DNA of 64,000 nucleotides from an uncultured Francisella sp. (lineage in GTDB: Bacteria > Pseudomonadota > Gammaproteobacteria > Thiomicrospirales > Thiomicrospiraceae), in the NCBI GenBank assembly GCA_964493995.1, contig CAZBQD010000002.1, positions 20,901 through 84,900 of the forward strand, read 5' to 3'. Below the pieces are notes generated by a model. It had not been told where the DNA came from, searched no databases, and saw only the letters and a program-made list of their open reading frames with translations. Shown one piece after another: positions 17,530 to 26,494 of the stretch; the first letter of the stretch is position 1; every line of letters starts with the position of its first letter. A program made the translations under genes and the position numbers.

Positions 17530-18656
17530 CCCATCTCCATACAGACGATGGCAAAAATGGCATCAATAACAATCACCATAAAAATGGACTGCACCACCGA
17601 AGCGGTGGTGTGTTCACCCACCGATTGCGCACTGCCAGATACTTTGAATCCTTCCAAACAGCTAATCATGACAATGACAAACGCAAAAAAAGGCGCTTTC
17701 GCCAAACCAACCCAGAAGTGATGCAGCCCCACATTTTGTTGTAACACCGATAAAAACATGGTGCTGGAAATATCCAAGGTGGCTTGCGCAACCAACATAC
17801 CCCCCAGAATACCGGACATCATCGAGACAAAGGTTAAAATGGGTAAGGCCAACATTAGCGCTAATAGACGTGGAATCACCAGCAGTTCAATCGGGTTTAG
17901 GCCGAGCACACGAATGGCATCAATCTCTTCACGAGCACGCATCGATCCAATTTGAGCGGTAAAGGCGCTGGCGGTTCGACCAGCAATAATGATGGCTGCC
18001 AATAGCGGGCCAAATTCGCGCAAAAACGAAAAGGAAACCAAATGCACCGTATAAATGTTGGCTCCGAATTTAGTGAGCAAGGTGGCGCCTAAATAAGCGA
18101 CTACCGCGCCAATCAGAAAAGTCAGCAATATGACAATCGGTAGCGCGTTAAACCCTGTTTGCTCTAAGTGCGCAAAAAAGGGCGTCATGCGCCAACGTTT
18201 GGGGTGCAGCACTAGGGTAAACAAGACACTGAGCGTTAGCCCCATAAAACCGATTAAGGCAATCGCTTGTTGCCCCAAACCCTGGCTAAACCGACCTAGG
18301 TTAGCCAGATAATCACCTAACTGCCTTAACCATGAGTCGGCTGTGACAGTATCCGATTCCACTGCCGATGCCATGGCCTGTATCACTGTGCGCAGTAAGG
18401 CTTCACGCTCTGGCGTTAGGCGTAATTTGCCTTGATCGAGACACTGAGTAATGAAATCGGCACCCAACAGATTGACCAGTAACTGGCTCGCCACGGTATC
18501 TAATTGGGTTAAACCTTCGGCATCAATATGCGTTACCCGCCAATCGGCTCGCCACTGAGCGCACTGCTCAGTGAGTAGGGCATAGTGATCTAACGACCAT
18601 TCACCAGTTAACAGCAAAAGTTGTTGACTGGCATCGTAGCGCAAACTGGGCGGCAT
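17523..18656 (-). CDS. MlaE family ABC permease with an N-terminal STAS/MlaB-like extension
   Basis: 377 aa. The first ~110 aa are soluble and STAS-like. The C-terminal multi-helix permease has the conserved EIDAIRVLG motif. Confidence 0.85.
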   Translation of the reverse strand: MPPSLRYDASQQLLLLTGEWSLDHYALLTEQCAQWRADWRVTHIDAEGLTQLDTVASQLLVNLLGADFITQCLDQGKLRLTPEREALLRTVIQAMASAVESDTVTADSWLRQLGDYLANLGRFSQGLGQQAIALIGFMGLTLSVLFTLVLHPKRWRMTPFFAHLEQTGFNALPIVILLTFLIGAVVAYLGATLLTKFGANIYTVHLVSFSFLREFGPLLAAIIIAGRTASAFTAQIGSMRAREEIDAIRVLGLNPIELLVIPRLLALMLALPILTFVSMMSGILGGMLVAQATLDISSTMFLSVLQQNVGLHHFWVGLAKAPFFAFVIVMISCLEGFKVSGSAQSVGEHTTASVVQSIFMVIVIDAIFAIVCMEMGW

Positions 18657-18688
18657 GAATGAATTGTCGCTTAGCTGCTGAAGCGGAA

Positions 18689-19174
18689 TTAGTAAGCCTG
18701 CATGTATTCGTTATTAATAAAGCGATTGAGCTCGATAAATTGCTCATTCATGCGTTTAACTGTGGTGTGAATGGAACGGGTAATGGCGCGCATAACATGG
18801 TAAACCACATGCGGATTGGTGAGCAGAAGCTGTTCAAAAGCATCGCGTTGAATGGTCATGAGTTCGCAATCGCCCTGCGCACGCAAGGTGAGACTGTGCG
18901 TATTACCATCGACAAATCCCATTTCACCCGCCATATCACCCGGTTGCAGCGTGTGTAACACCATGTAATCGGGCAGAATTTTATCTTTCGTGACATTGAT
19001 TTTGCCGCTGACAATAACGTACAAGGTATCAGTTTTCTCGCCCGCTTTGAATAAGATATCTTCGTCAGCCAGTTGTTTGAATTCGACAATAGCAGATAAA
19101 ACACCGCAGTCATCCAGCGTCAGATCGCGTCCGAGTGAAGAGTTGAGAATTTTTTGGCAGTCGATATTACTCAT
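18689..19174 (-). CDS. Stand-alone cyclic-nucleotide-binding (CAP effector) domain protein
   Basis: The cNMP-binding beta-roll signature is present (FKAGEKTDTLYVIVSGKI...GDMAGEMGF...TLRAQ). At 161 aa there is no output domain. Confidence 0.7.
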   Translation of the reverse strand: MSNIDCQKILNSSLGRDLTLDDCGVLSAIVEFKQLADEDILFKAGEKTDTLYVIVSGKINVTKDKILPDYMVLHTLQPGDMAGEMGFVDGNTHSLTLRAQGDCELMTIQRDAFEQLLLTNPHVVYHVMRAITRSIHTTVKRMNEQFIELNRFINNEYMQAY

Positions 19175-19190
19175 GTTGTGTCTCTGTTTT

Positions 19191-20357
19191 TTATGATGGG
19201 TTGGTTAGCAAGCTAATCATGATGTGTCGGTAAATTTCTGTCAACTGAATTAAGTCGTTGACACCCACATGCTCATCGATTTTATGAATGCTTTCGTTTA
19301 GTGGTCCCAGTTCGATCACTTCCGCACCGGTGGGGGCAATAAAACGTCCGTCCGAAATACCGCCACCGGTTGAATGCACCGGCGTTAAACCCGTAACGGC
19401 TAAAATGGCTTGATCGGCTGCGGCAACCAGTGCCGCTTGCTCGGTTAGCCACGGCGTTCCCGATAAATTCCAGCGTAACTCGTAGTTAAGCGAGCGTGCA
19501 TCGAGCAAAGTATGAACGCGTTGCTTGAGCGTATCGGCGGTTTGTTCGGTCGAAAAGCGGAAGTTAAAATCGATGGTGATGTCGGGTGGAATGACATTGC
19601 TTACGCCTAAACCACTGCGAATATTAGAAATTTGGAAGCTGGTAGCGGGAAAAGCTTCATTGCCTTTGTCCCATTCAATTTGAGTGAGTTCTGTTAACAC
19701 AGGCATGGCTTTGTGAATGGGATTGTCGGCCAAATGAGGGTAGGCAATGTGACCTTGTTTACCATGAATAACCAAATGACCGGATAAAGAACCGCGACGA
19801 CCAATTTTGATCATATCACCTAGTCGCGCTTCGGCGGTCGGCTCACCGAGCACACAATAATCGATCTGTTCACCGCGTGCCACCAGTGTTTCCACCACTT
19901 TAACGGTGCCATTAATGGCTGCGCCTTCTTCATCGGAGGTAATCAGCACGCCAATACTGCCCTTATGATCTGGATGCAGAGCTAAAAACTCGGTTAAAGC
20001 CGCCATAAATGCCGCCACGCCCCCTTTCATGTCAGCACTGCCACGACCGTAGAGTTGCCCATCGACAATGGCGGGAAGGAAAGGGTCAAAGGTCCATTTG
20101 TCGGGATTGCCAGGGGGAACAACATCTGTGTGACCAGCAAAAATAAACAGCGGGGCTTGCGTGCCTTTACGCGCCCACAAGTTGGTCACATCATCAAAGA
20201 TCATTGTCTCGCAGCTAAAACCCAAGGCTTCAAGCTGAGTCTTTAACAGCTCTTGGCAACCCTTGTCGTCGGGTGTGACGGAATCTTTAGCAACCAGTTC
20301 ACCGGTTAGGGAAACAGCCGCATGGCTATGCTGGCGCGCGTCAAAATAAGTGGTCAT
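19191..20357 (-). CDS. dapE: Succinyl-diaminopimelate desuccinylase
   Basis: The M20 peptidase motifs AGHTDVVP and GRGSADMKG are present, and the N-terminus SVTPDDKGCQELL resembles E. coli DapE. An ATG lies at 20357. An in-frame TTG at 20366 is an alternative start. Confidence 0.85.
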   Translation of the reverse strand: MTTYFDARQHSHAAVSLTGELVAKDSVTPDDKGCQELLKTQLEALGFSCETMIFDDVTNLWARKGTQAPLFIFAGHTDVVPPGNPDKWTFDPFLPAIVDGQLYGRGSADMKGGVAAFMAALTEFLALHPDHKGSIGVLITSDEEGAAINGTVKVVETLVARGEQIDYCVLGEPTAEARLGDMIKIGRRGSLSGHLVIHGKQGHIAYPHLADNPIHKAMPVLTELTQIEWDKGNEAFPATSFQISNIRSGLGVSNVIPPDITIDFNFRFSTEQTADTLKQRVHTLLDARSLNYELRWNLSGTPWLTEQAALVAAADQAILAVTGLTPVHSTGGGISDGRFIAPTGAEVIELGPLNESIHKIDEHVGVNDLIQLTEIYRHIMISLLTNPS

Positions 20358-20417
20358 GGTCAACAATCATTCCTTGAGTAGCTTTATTCGTTGGTCATAA
20401 TGGGTGGATAAGGCGCA

Positions 20418-21623
20418 TTACCAACGGGTTTCTCGATCGGGGGTAGCGGTAATATGATGAATGGTCATGTCTGCACCATCATATTCTTCTTCATCGCTTA
20501 AGCGAATACCAACCGCTAACTTTAGCAAACCATAGACCAAGTATCCACCGAAAAACGCTATGGCAATGCCTAAAAGCGTGCCGATGATTTGCGATACAAA
20601 GGAAACACCGCCCATACCACCGAGCAACTCCTGTCCGAAAATACCCGCTGCCAGCGCACCAAAAGCACCACACAGCCCATGAAGGGGCCATACCCCCAGC
20701 ACATCATCAATTTTCCATTTATTTTGTGTTAGGGTAAAGAGTTTGACAAAGCCAGCGCCAGCGATCATGCCAATCAGCAAAGCGCCAATCGGGTGCACAA
20801 TATCCGAACCAGCACAAATCGCGACTAAACCGGCAAGGGGGCCGTTATAAGCAAAACCGGGATCGTTTTTACCCACAACCAAGGCGGCGAGTGTGCCACC
20901 GACCATCGCCATTAATGAGTTTAAGGCGACCAAACCTGTAATGGCTTCCAGTTTTTGTGCCGACATGACATTGAAACCAAACCAGCCCACAATCAAAATC
21001 CATGAACCCAATGCTAAAAAAGGAATGTTTGATGGCGGATGCGCTGAAATTAACCCTTCTTTGGTGTAGCGTCCACGACGCGCACCAAGATGCAGTACCG
21101 CGGCGAGTGCAATCCATCCCCCCACAGCATGAACCACGACTGAGCCGGCAAAGTCATGAAATTGAGCACCAAAGGTAGTGGCTAACCAGGCTTGAATGCC
21201 AAAATTACCATTCCAGGCGATGCCCTCGAATAAGGGGTAAACAAAGCCAACAATGGCAAAAGTCGCGGCCAGTTGTGGATTAAACTTGGCGCGTTCAGCA
21301 ATGCCACCCGACACAATAGCCGGAATAGCAGCGGCAAAGGTCATGAGAAAGAAAAACTTAATGAGCGCGTAGCCAGCATCAACCGATAAGGCTTGATCGT
21401 TCATTAAGAAGTGCGAACCATAAGCAAGCGTGTAGCCGATAAAGAAATAGGCTAGGGTTGAAACGGCTAAGTCGGCTAAAATTTTAACCAAGGCATTAAC
21501 TTGGTTTTTTTGTCTAACCGTGCCCACTTCTAAAAAGGCAAAGCCTGCGTGCATCGCCAGCACCATAACGGCGCCAATGAGAAGGAAGAGAACGTCTTGT
21601 ACGGGGAGGGTGGTGTTTTCCAT
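20418..21623 (-). CDS. amt: Ammonium transporter (Amt family)
   Basis: 401 aa with 11 transmembrane helices and conserved motifs AGFAFLEVG and DFAGSVVVH. No glnK is adjacent. Confidence 0.9.
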   Translation of the reverse strand: MENTTLPVQDVLFLLIGAVMVLAMHAGFAFLEVGTVRQKNQVNALVKILADLAVSTLAYFFIGYTLAYGSHFLMNDQALSVDAGYALIKFFFLMTFAAAIPAIVSGGIAERAKFNPQLAATFAIVGFVYPLFEGIAWNGNFGIQAWLATTFGAQFHDFAGSVVVHAVGGWIALAAVLHLGARRGRYTKEGLISAHPPSNIPFLALGSWILIVGWFGFNVMSAQKLEAITGLVALNSLMAMVGGTLAALVVGKNDPGFAYNGPLAGLVAICAGSDIVHPIGALLIGMIAGAGFVKLFTLTQNKWKIDDVLGVWPLHGLCGAFGALAAGIFGQELLGGMGGVSFVSQIIGTLLGIAIAFFGGYLVYGLLKLAVGIRLSDEEEYDGADMTIHHITATPDRETRW

Positions 21624-21702
21624 ATTGACTAGAAACTTCTGTTATAGTGGATAAAATTGGTTAATAGAATCATGCAATCGCGCATTGATAAGGAGGTGGG
21701 CG

Positions 21703-21909
21703 TTGGTTAAAGCGGTAATAGGGGCGTTTTTGTGCCTGCAAATCGTGGGTTGCAGTTGGGTAGAGCGACAGGTCACTCAGGTCGAACAGCGCATAAATAA
21801 AACGAAAAGTTGCGAACAGGTCTCCCAACGCGAAGCGCCCGACTATGTTTCGACCAAACGTTACCGTTGTATGGGTGAGGACTGTCATGAATACGGCTGC
21901 CGTCAGTGA
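21703..21909 (+). CDS. Possible small Cys-rich lipoprotein (68 aa)
   Basis: AAGGAGG (21690-21696) lies 6 nt upstream of an in-frame TTG at 21703. The signal MVKAVIGAFLCLQIVGC ends in a lipobox-like IVGC. The mature part has 4 more Cys. It is divergent from amt. I recognise no homology. Confidence 0.35.
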   Translation: MVKAVIGAFLCLQIVGCSWVERQVTQVEQRINKTKSCEQVSQREAPDYVSTKRYRCMGEDCHEYGCRQ

Positions 21910-24365
21910 GCAGTTAGGCTCTGCGTCATGACATCGATAGACAACACCAGTATGACATCATCATCGGACATGGTGACTAACCCCTGAATTAACCCTTGAC
22001 CAATATTGCTGGGCGAGGGCATGATCTGAGCTGGGCTTAAGTGTTGAATCTGCCCTAACTGATCTACCATAAGGGCAAAACGTATAAAGTTATGTTCGAT
22101 AATGAGCAACTGAGCCTGGGCTAATTCAACGGTTTGTCCCAACCAACGCACCGGCGATATAACCGGAATAACTCGATCTTGGTGAGAAACAAAGCCAACA
22201 AAGGAAGCATCTTCACTGGGAATGCCTTGACGCATTAAGGACAAGTCAACGGCTTCAATAATAGCATGTACCGGCAAGGCATAATGTTGATTGCCAATGC
22301 AGAAGGTTGCCAGGCTAACACTCTGGTCTGTTAGGGTGTTTTGCTTAGGAAGCAGACGCTCTTTCGCAGTAGGTTGTAGAGTTAACTTCTCAGCAGTCAA
22401 ATGATCGCCAATTCGGCTGAATAAAGCCGCATAAGTGGCTTTGCCATTGGTTTTAGCAGGGTACTCCCGATAACTCGAGGCTTGAGCAATACCGACGGCA
22501 TAACGCCCGTCCTGGCATTCGATGATGCCATATCCTCGCTCCAGCACGTCTGTTAATTTAATGGGTAAAGGCTTAGCCGGTTGAAAGCTGGCGTGGGTGC
22601 TAGCAATGACATTGGCTTGCTCGTCAAAGAATACAGCAAAGCTATTGAATTGTTCAGAGCTGGGTTGAGACTCTTCCAACATGGCCGTAAACTGGGGCAG
22701 GCTGTCAAAAATAAGTGCAATGCCACCGACTACTTGTTGAGTCTGTTGGGGGTGCATGATCGCAGCTGCATAAATATAAGTGGGGCGGTTGTCATAAAGT
22801 GGTGTGGCGCCAAAGTCCGAAATGACATACTCGCGGCTAGATTTAAGCCCTAAACTCTGACTTACCCAAGGCTCAGTCATCGCTTGCCCCAGCCATTCTG
22901 TTAAATGCGGCTGAGATACGGCGATGACTTTACCTGCTTTGTCATAGAGCATAATACCCGTATAAACCGTGTAAAGTTGGTTGATATAAGCCAAAATCCC
23001 ATTCAGCTCTTCGCCCATTTCAGTAGTGATGGCGCTTTGAGCTAAGACTTCTCTAAACCGGGCGGTGAGTGACCACCAGCGACAATCGTTTGCCCGTTCG
23101 TAGAGGTTTCTGTCTTTAATATTGACCGCCAAAGACGCCAAAAAACGATTATTGGCCAGTGTCGCCCCAATTACCGTTTGATAAAGGTTTTCGATCGCGT
23201 CGGCTAGTAGTGCCTTGGTTTTAAGTCCTGTCTGACTGATTTCCCACAACAGAGCACGAGAAAACAAGGTTTCACTCTGTCCGGCATGCTGATGCAGGCT
23301 ACCATTCCAAACCGAACGATTCAAGTTGACCTGAATACGATCAGCTTGCGTGGGAATGCTCATCAGTTCCGGTGAAAAAATCGCTAAGCCCTGCAAGTTA
23401 TGTATGTCAATGCTGGGTTGCTCATGACGTTCAAAGGCAAAATCGAGCGGAATCATTACATGCCCTAGCCAATTTTGCCCTGTGTAACCTTGATAACCCT
23501 TTCCCGCACGACTACTGACCAAATACTTACGCCCTGCCAGTCGTTGAATGCTCATGCCACCCAGGTGATGCTGAACCTGAGTGCCAATCGGTAATTGTTG
23601 CAAATCACTACTGGCAATGACCTTGCCGGAGCAGTCTGTTAAACTTATCACCGACCAATCGCCGTCGGAGAGTTCGGAAAAAATATGTTGGCATTCGTCT
23701 TGAAAATTAAAACATAAACACAGCACGCCTAGATTTTGCTGACGGGCATTTTGAACACGATAGGCATAAATGTGCGCTGTTGCCTGATCAGGTAATAAAT
23801 CACTTTTGCGAAATACTTCTACATAGGCTTCAGAACTCGTCAAAGCGGTCTCAATGAGTGGATCGTGACTTTGTACAACGCCATTAGGGCAGAGTCTGAA
23901 CACCACCTTGCCCTGGGTGTCGAGTAAAATGATGTCGTGGTAAACCGTGTAATTGGCTCGGTAAGCAGCCAAGTGTTGTGCTAGGGACTCGGTGCTAATC
24001 GCATCGGACTGACTGAGAAAGTCAATGATGGTTTGATCGGTGGCTAAAAAACCAATGTCCGCAGTGCGTTCAAACAGGTTGCGTTGCATCATATCGGTAG
24101 CGACACTGGCTTTCATCGCCAAGCGTTGATAGAGTTCTTGCCAGTATTCATTCCCCAGATGATTAACCAAAGACTCGCTCAGTTTGAAAAAGGACTCCCG
24201 CGTGGTTCCCATTTCATTACCCACGCCGGAAAGCTGACCGAGTAAAGCCAGATTGTCCCAAACGGCTTGATAACGACCGATAGTTTCTCTCAGATCATCA
24301 ACTTCGGGCATGTAGCGTATTAAAGGTAATAGGCGATCATCTAATTTAAGCCCTTTGTATTCCAT
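21903..24365 (-). CDS. Orphan CheW-domain protein with two N-terminal repeated sensor-like modules
   Basis: The C-terminal ~140 aa are CheW-like (SVSLATFCIGNQHYALPVHAIIEAVD...FVGFVSHQDRVIPVISP). There are two internal modules: RNLFERTADIGFLATD...YTVYHDIILLDTQGKVVF and RNLYERANDCRWWSL...YTVYTGIMLYDKAGKVIAV. I preferred the ATG at 24365, which has AAGGA 5 nt upstream, over the TTG at 24407. Confidence 0.7.
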   Translation of the reverse strand: MEYKGLKLDDRLLPLIRYMPEVDDLRETIGRYQAVWDNLALLGQLSGVGNEMGTTRESFFKLSESLVNHLGNEYWQELYQRLAMKASVATDMMQRNLFERTADIGFLATDQTIIDFLSQSDAISTESLAQHLAAYRANYTVYHDIILLDTQGKVVFRLCPNGVVQSHDPLIETALTSSEAYVEVFRKSDLLPDQATAHIYAYRVQNARQQNLGVLCLCFNFQDECQHIFSELSDGDWSVISLTDCSGKVIASSDLQQLPIGTQVQHHLGGMSIQRLAGRKYLVSSRAGKGYQGYTGQNWLGHVMIPLDFAFERHEQPSIDIHNLQGLAIFSPELMSIPTQADRIQVNLNRSVWNGSLHQHAGQSETLFSRALLWEISQTGLKTKALLADAIENLYQTVIGATLANNRFLASLAVNIKDRNLYERANDCRWWSLTARFREVLAQSAITTEMGEELNGILAYINQLYTVYTGIMLYDKAGKVIAVSQPHLTEWLGQAMTEPWVSQSLGLKSSREYVISDFGATPLYDNRPTYIYAAAIMHPQQTQQVVGGIALIFDSLPQFTAMLEESQPSSEQFNSFAVFFDEQANVIASTHASFQPAKPLPIKLTDVLERGYGIIECQDGRYAVGIAQASSYREYPAKTNGKATYAALFSRIGDHLTAEKLTLQPTAKERLLPKQNTLTDQSVSLATFCIGNQHYALPVHAIIEAVDLSLMRQGIPSEDASFVGFVSHQDRVIPVISPVRWLGQTVELAQAQLLIIEHNFIRFALMVDQLGQIQHLSPAQIMPSPSNIGQGLIQGLVTMSDDDVILVLSIDVMTQSLTAH

Positions 24366-24502
24366 GAGATTCCTTTTTGGTGCTATTTTTGTTTTATTTT
24401 GGTTCAAACAAGCATTTTTATGGTTATGAATCTCGCATTTGACGCTAATTGAGCAGCTAATGTGCCAAAGTTGAACAATTTGGCTCGAAGTTGCTTAGGT
24501 TA

Positions 24503-26203
24503 TCAAGGCGTAGGGGCTGTTCCCGCTTGCTGAATAAAGCGCACCGCTTGCTGCAAGGCGGCTTCTCGATCAAATCCCGTTCTGCCATCCAGTTTACCTA
24601 AAACGCCTTGGCGCGTCAGCTGATCTTGCGCATCGCCCAAGGCTAATAACAGCCACACTTGTGCGCCTCGGCTTTGAAGTCGATAAATTAAATCATCTAA
24701 TACCATAGCAGAGCTAAAATCGATGTAGGGAACAGAACGAAAGTCAAGTAGATAAGCTTTTCCCGGCATTGCCAATACGCGTCGTGAGAGTCCTCGTGCC
24801 GCACCAAAACTCATGGGTACATCTAAGTAGGCAAAAACCAGTTGATGGTCAGCCTGTGCCAGTAATTGCTTTTCGGAATCACTAAACCAAATACCAGGTA
24901 GTTCTTCGTAATGGCGACCCAATGTTAGGGCGTTTAATTGCAGTTGTGTCATGCGTCCAAATAACACAAAGCTAGCCATGGCTAAGCCCACCACCACAGC
25001 ACTGACCAGGTCTAATAAAATAGCCGTTGCCAACACAGCCAGCATCATGCTTTTACCTACTTTAGGAATGGCGCGCCAACGTTTCAAATACGACCAGTCA
25101 ATCTGATCTAAACCTACTTTAACAAGCAAACCCCCTAACACCGCGAGCGGAATATGAGCGAAAAAATCTTGTACGCTCAGTGCCAACACACCCACTAATA
25201 GCGCGTGAACCGCAGCCGCCCAACTAGAGCGAGAGCCATAAGACATAGCAACGGTGGTACGCATAGGAGCGCCGGTACTGGCCATACCACCAAGCAATCC
25301 ACTGGCGATATTGCTCATGCCTTGTCCCATCAGTTCTTTATCAGGATTATGGCTTTGACGCGTCATTTTTTCCGTAACGACAGAGCCCAACAGGGAAACC
25401 AAGCTGGCCACCACCGCTAGGGTAAAAGCGGTTTGAACCAAATAAGGCAGTTGCCAAACTTCAACCGACGGCAAATGCAAGCTCGGCAGGTGAAAACTGA
25501 GTTCACCAATAACACGAAAATCCCCCATCCACCACACCCCATTCACCGCGAGTAGGTGATGGTGAGAGAGCAGGCTCACCGCAATAACTCCCAGCAACAG
25601 CACCATAATGGGAGCCGGTAAATAGCGATTGAGTCGGGGAAAACGTTTTGGCCAAATCATCATGAATGAAATGGTGGCCATGCCGAGCATCAATTCTGGC
25701 CAGGAAGGGGTAGCGAGCATACTAGGTAAGGCCATAATCACTTCCAACGGATAGACCCAGTTTTCACCTCCTAAAATGGCGGGAAGCTGTTCTAGTATCA
25801 ACATAATACCAATGGCACTGAGCAATCCCGAAATGACCGAATGCGGTAGATATTCAATGAATCGTCCCCATTTAAGCCAACCGAATAGCATTTGCATGGC
25901 GCCAGCCAATACCACCACGGCAAAAGTCAGCATCATTGCCGCATCGGGATTGTTGGGAATGGCTTGAGTAAAGTGCGCGACTGATAAAGCCAATAACACC
26001 GAAACAGCACCGGTAGGGCCAGAGTGTTGTCCGGGTGTGCCACCCCAAAGCGCCGAGACAAAGCCGGCGATCACGGCACTGAGTACCCCTGCTTCTGCCC
26101 CCAGCCCCGAAGCAACACCAAAAGCCAAACCCAAGGGAAGGGCGATCAGGGCGGATACCAGAGCACCAATTAACTGTTGCGAGTAGGATAGAGAGGAGTT
26201 CAA
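24503..26203 (-). CDS. SulP family anion permease with a C-terminal STAS domain
   Basis: 566 aa. A polytopic N-terminal region (GALVSALIALPLGLAFGVASG) is followed by a soluble STAS-like C-terminus. The start codon is TTG. Confidence 0.85.
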   Translation of the reverse strand: MNSSLSYSQQLIGALVSALIALPLGLAFGVASGLGAEAGVLSAVIAGFVSALWGGTPGQHSGPTGAVSVLLALSVAHFTQAIPNNPDAAMMLTFAVVVLAGAMQMLFGWLKWGRFIEYLPHSVISGLLSAIGIMLILEQLPAILGGENWVYPLEVIMALPSMLATPSWPELMLGMATISFMMIWPKRFPRLNRYLPAPIMVLLLGVIAVSLLSHHHLLAVNGVWWMGDFRVIGELSFHLPSLHLPSVEVWQLPYLVQTAFTLAVVASLVSLLGSVVTEKMTRQSHNPDKELMGQGMSNIASGLLGGMASTGAPMRTTVAMSYGSRSSWAAAVHALLVGVLALSVQDFFAHIPLAVLGGLLVKVGLDQIDWSYLKRWRAIPKVGKSMMLAVLATAILLDLVSAVVVGLAMASFVLFGRMTQLQLNALTLGRHYEELPGIWFSDSEKQLLAQADHQLVFAYLDVPMSFGAARGLSRRVLAMPGKAYLLDFRSVPYIDFSSAMVLDDLIYRLQSRGAQVWLLLALGDAQDQLTRQGVLGKLDGRTGFDREAALQQAVRFIQQAGTAPTP

Positions 26204-26311
26204 GCGCGTTCTCGCTCAAGATAACAAGTGGGTTAATCGAGCCATTAGCTTAACCCCTCTAGCGCGATTAAAACAACCCTGCTACACTGAAATAAAATAA
26301 AAGTGGTTAGT

Positions 26312-26427
26312 GCTCAACGCTGTTCACTTAAAGAATACTTCCGTTCGCCCTGAGCTGGTCGAAGGGGTGGAGGGAAGCAACCAGTGGTTCGACAGGCTCA
26401 CCACGAACGGTTGAATGAACAGTATTG
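26312..26427. repeat. 116-nt nested-palindrome MITE/REP-like element, copy A
   Basis: By eye I count about 8 mismatches over 116 nt against 37921-38036. The outer inverted repeat is ctgttcacttaa / ttgaatgaacag. The inner inverted repeat is ccgttcgccctgagctggtcgaa / ttcgacaggctcaccacgaacgg. Confidence 0.8.
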
Positions 26428-26494
26428 GGTTAGTGCCGCACAAAAAACGACACCGGGTTAACAGAGATTGATTTTATAATCTTTACGGTGGACT

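Noticed and set aside
21670-21888. 72-aa minus-strand ORF in the amt / CheW-fusion intergenic region
   Set aside because: It has no RBS or signal features. The plus-strand frame has a consensus Shine-Dalgarno sequence and a lipoprotein signal, so I favoured that one, still at low confidence.
24481-24495. Sigma-54-like TGGCTCGAAGTTGCT motif
   Set aside because: The GG-to-GC spacing is one nucleotide short of the consensus. It also points into the 3' end of the convergent SulP gene, so there is nothing for it to drive.
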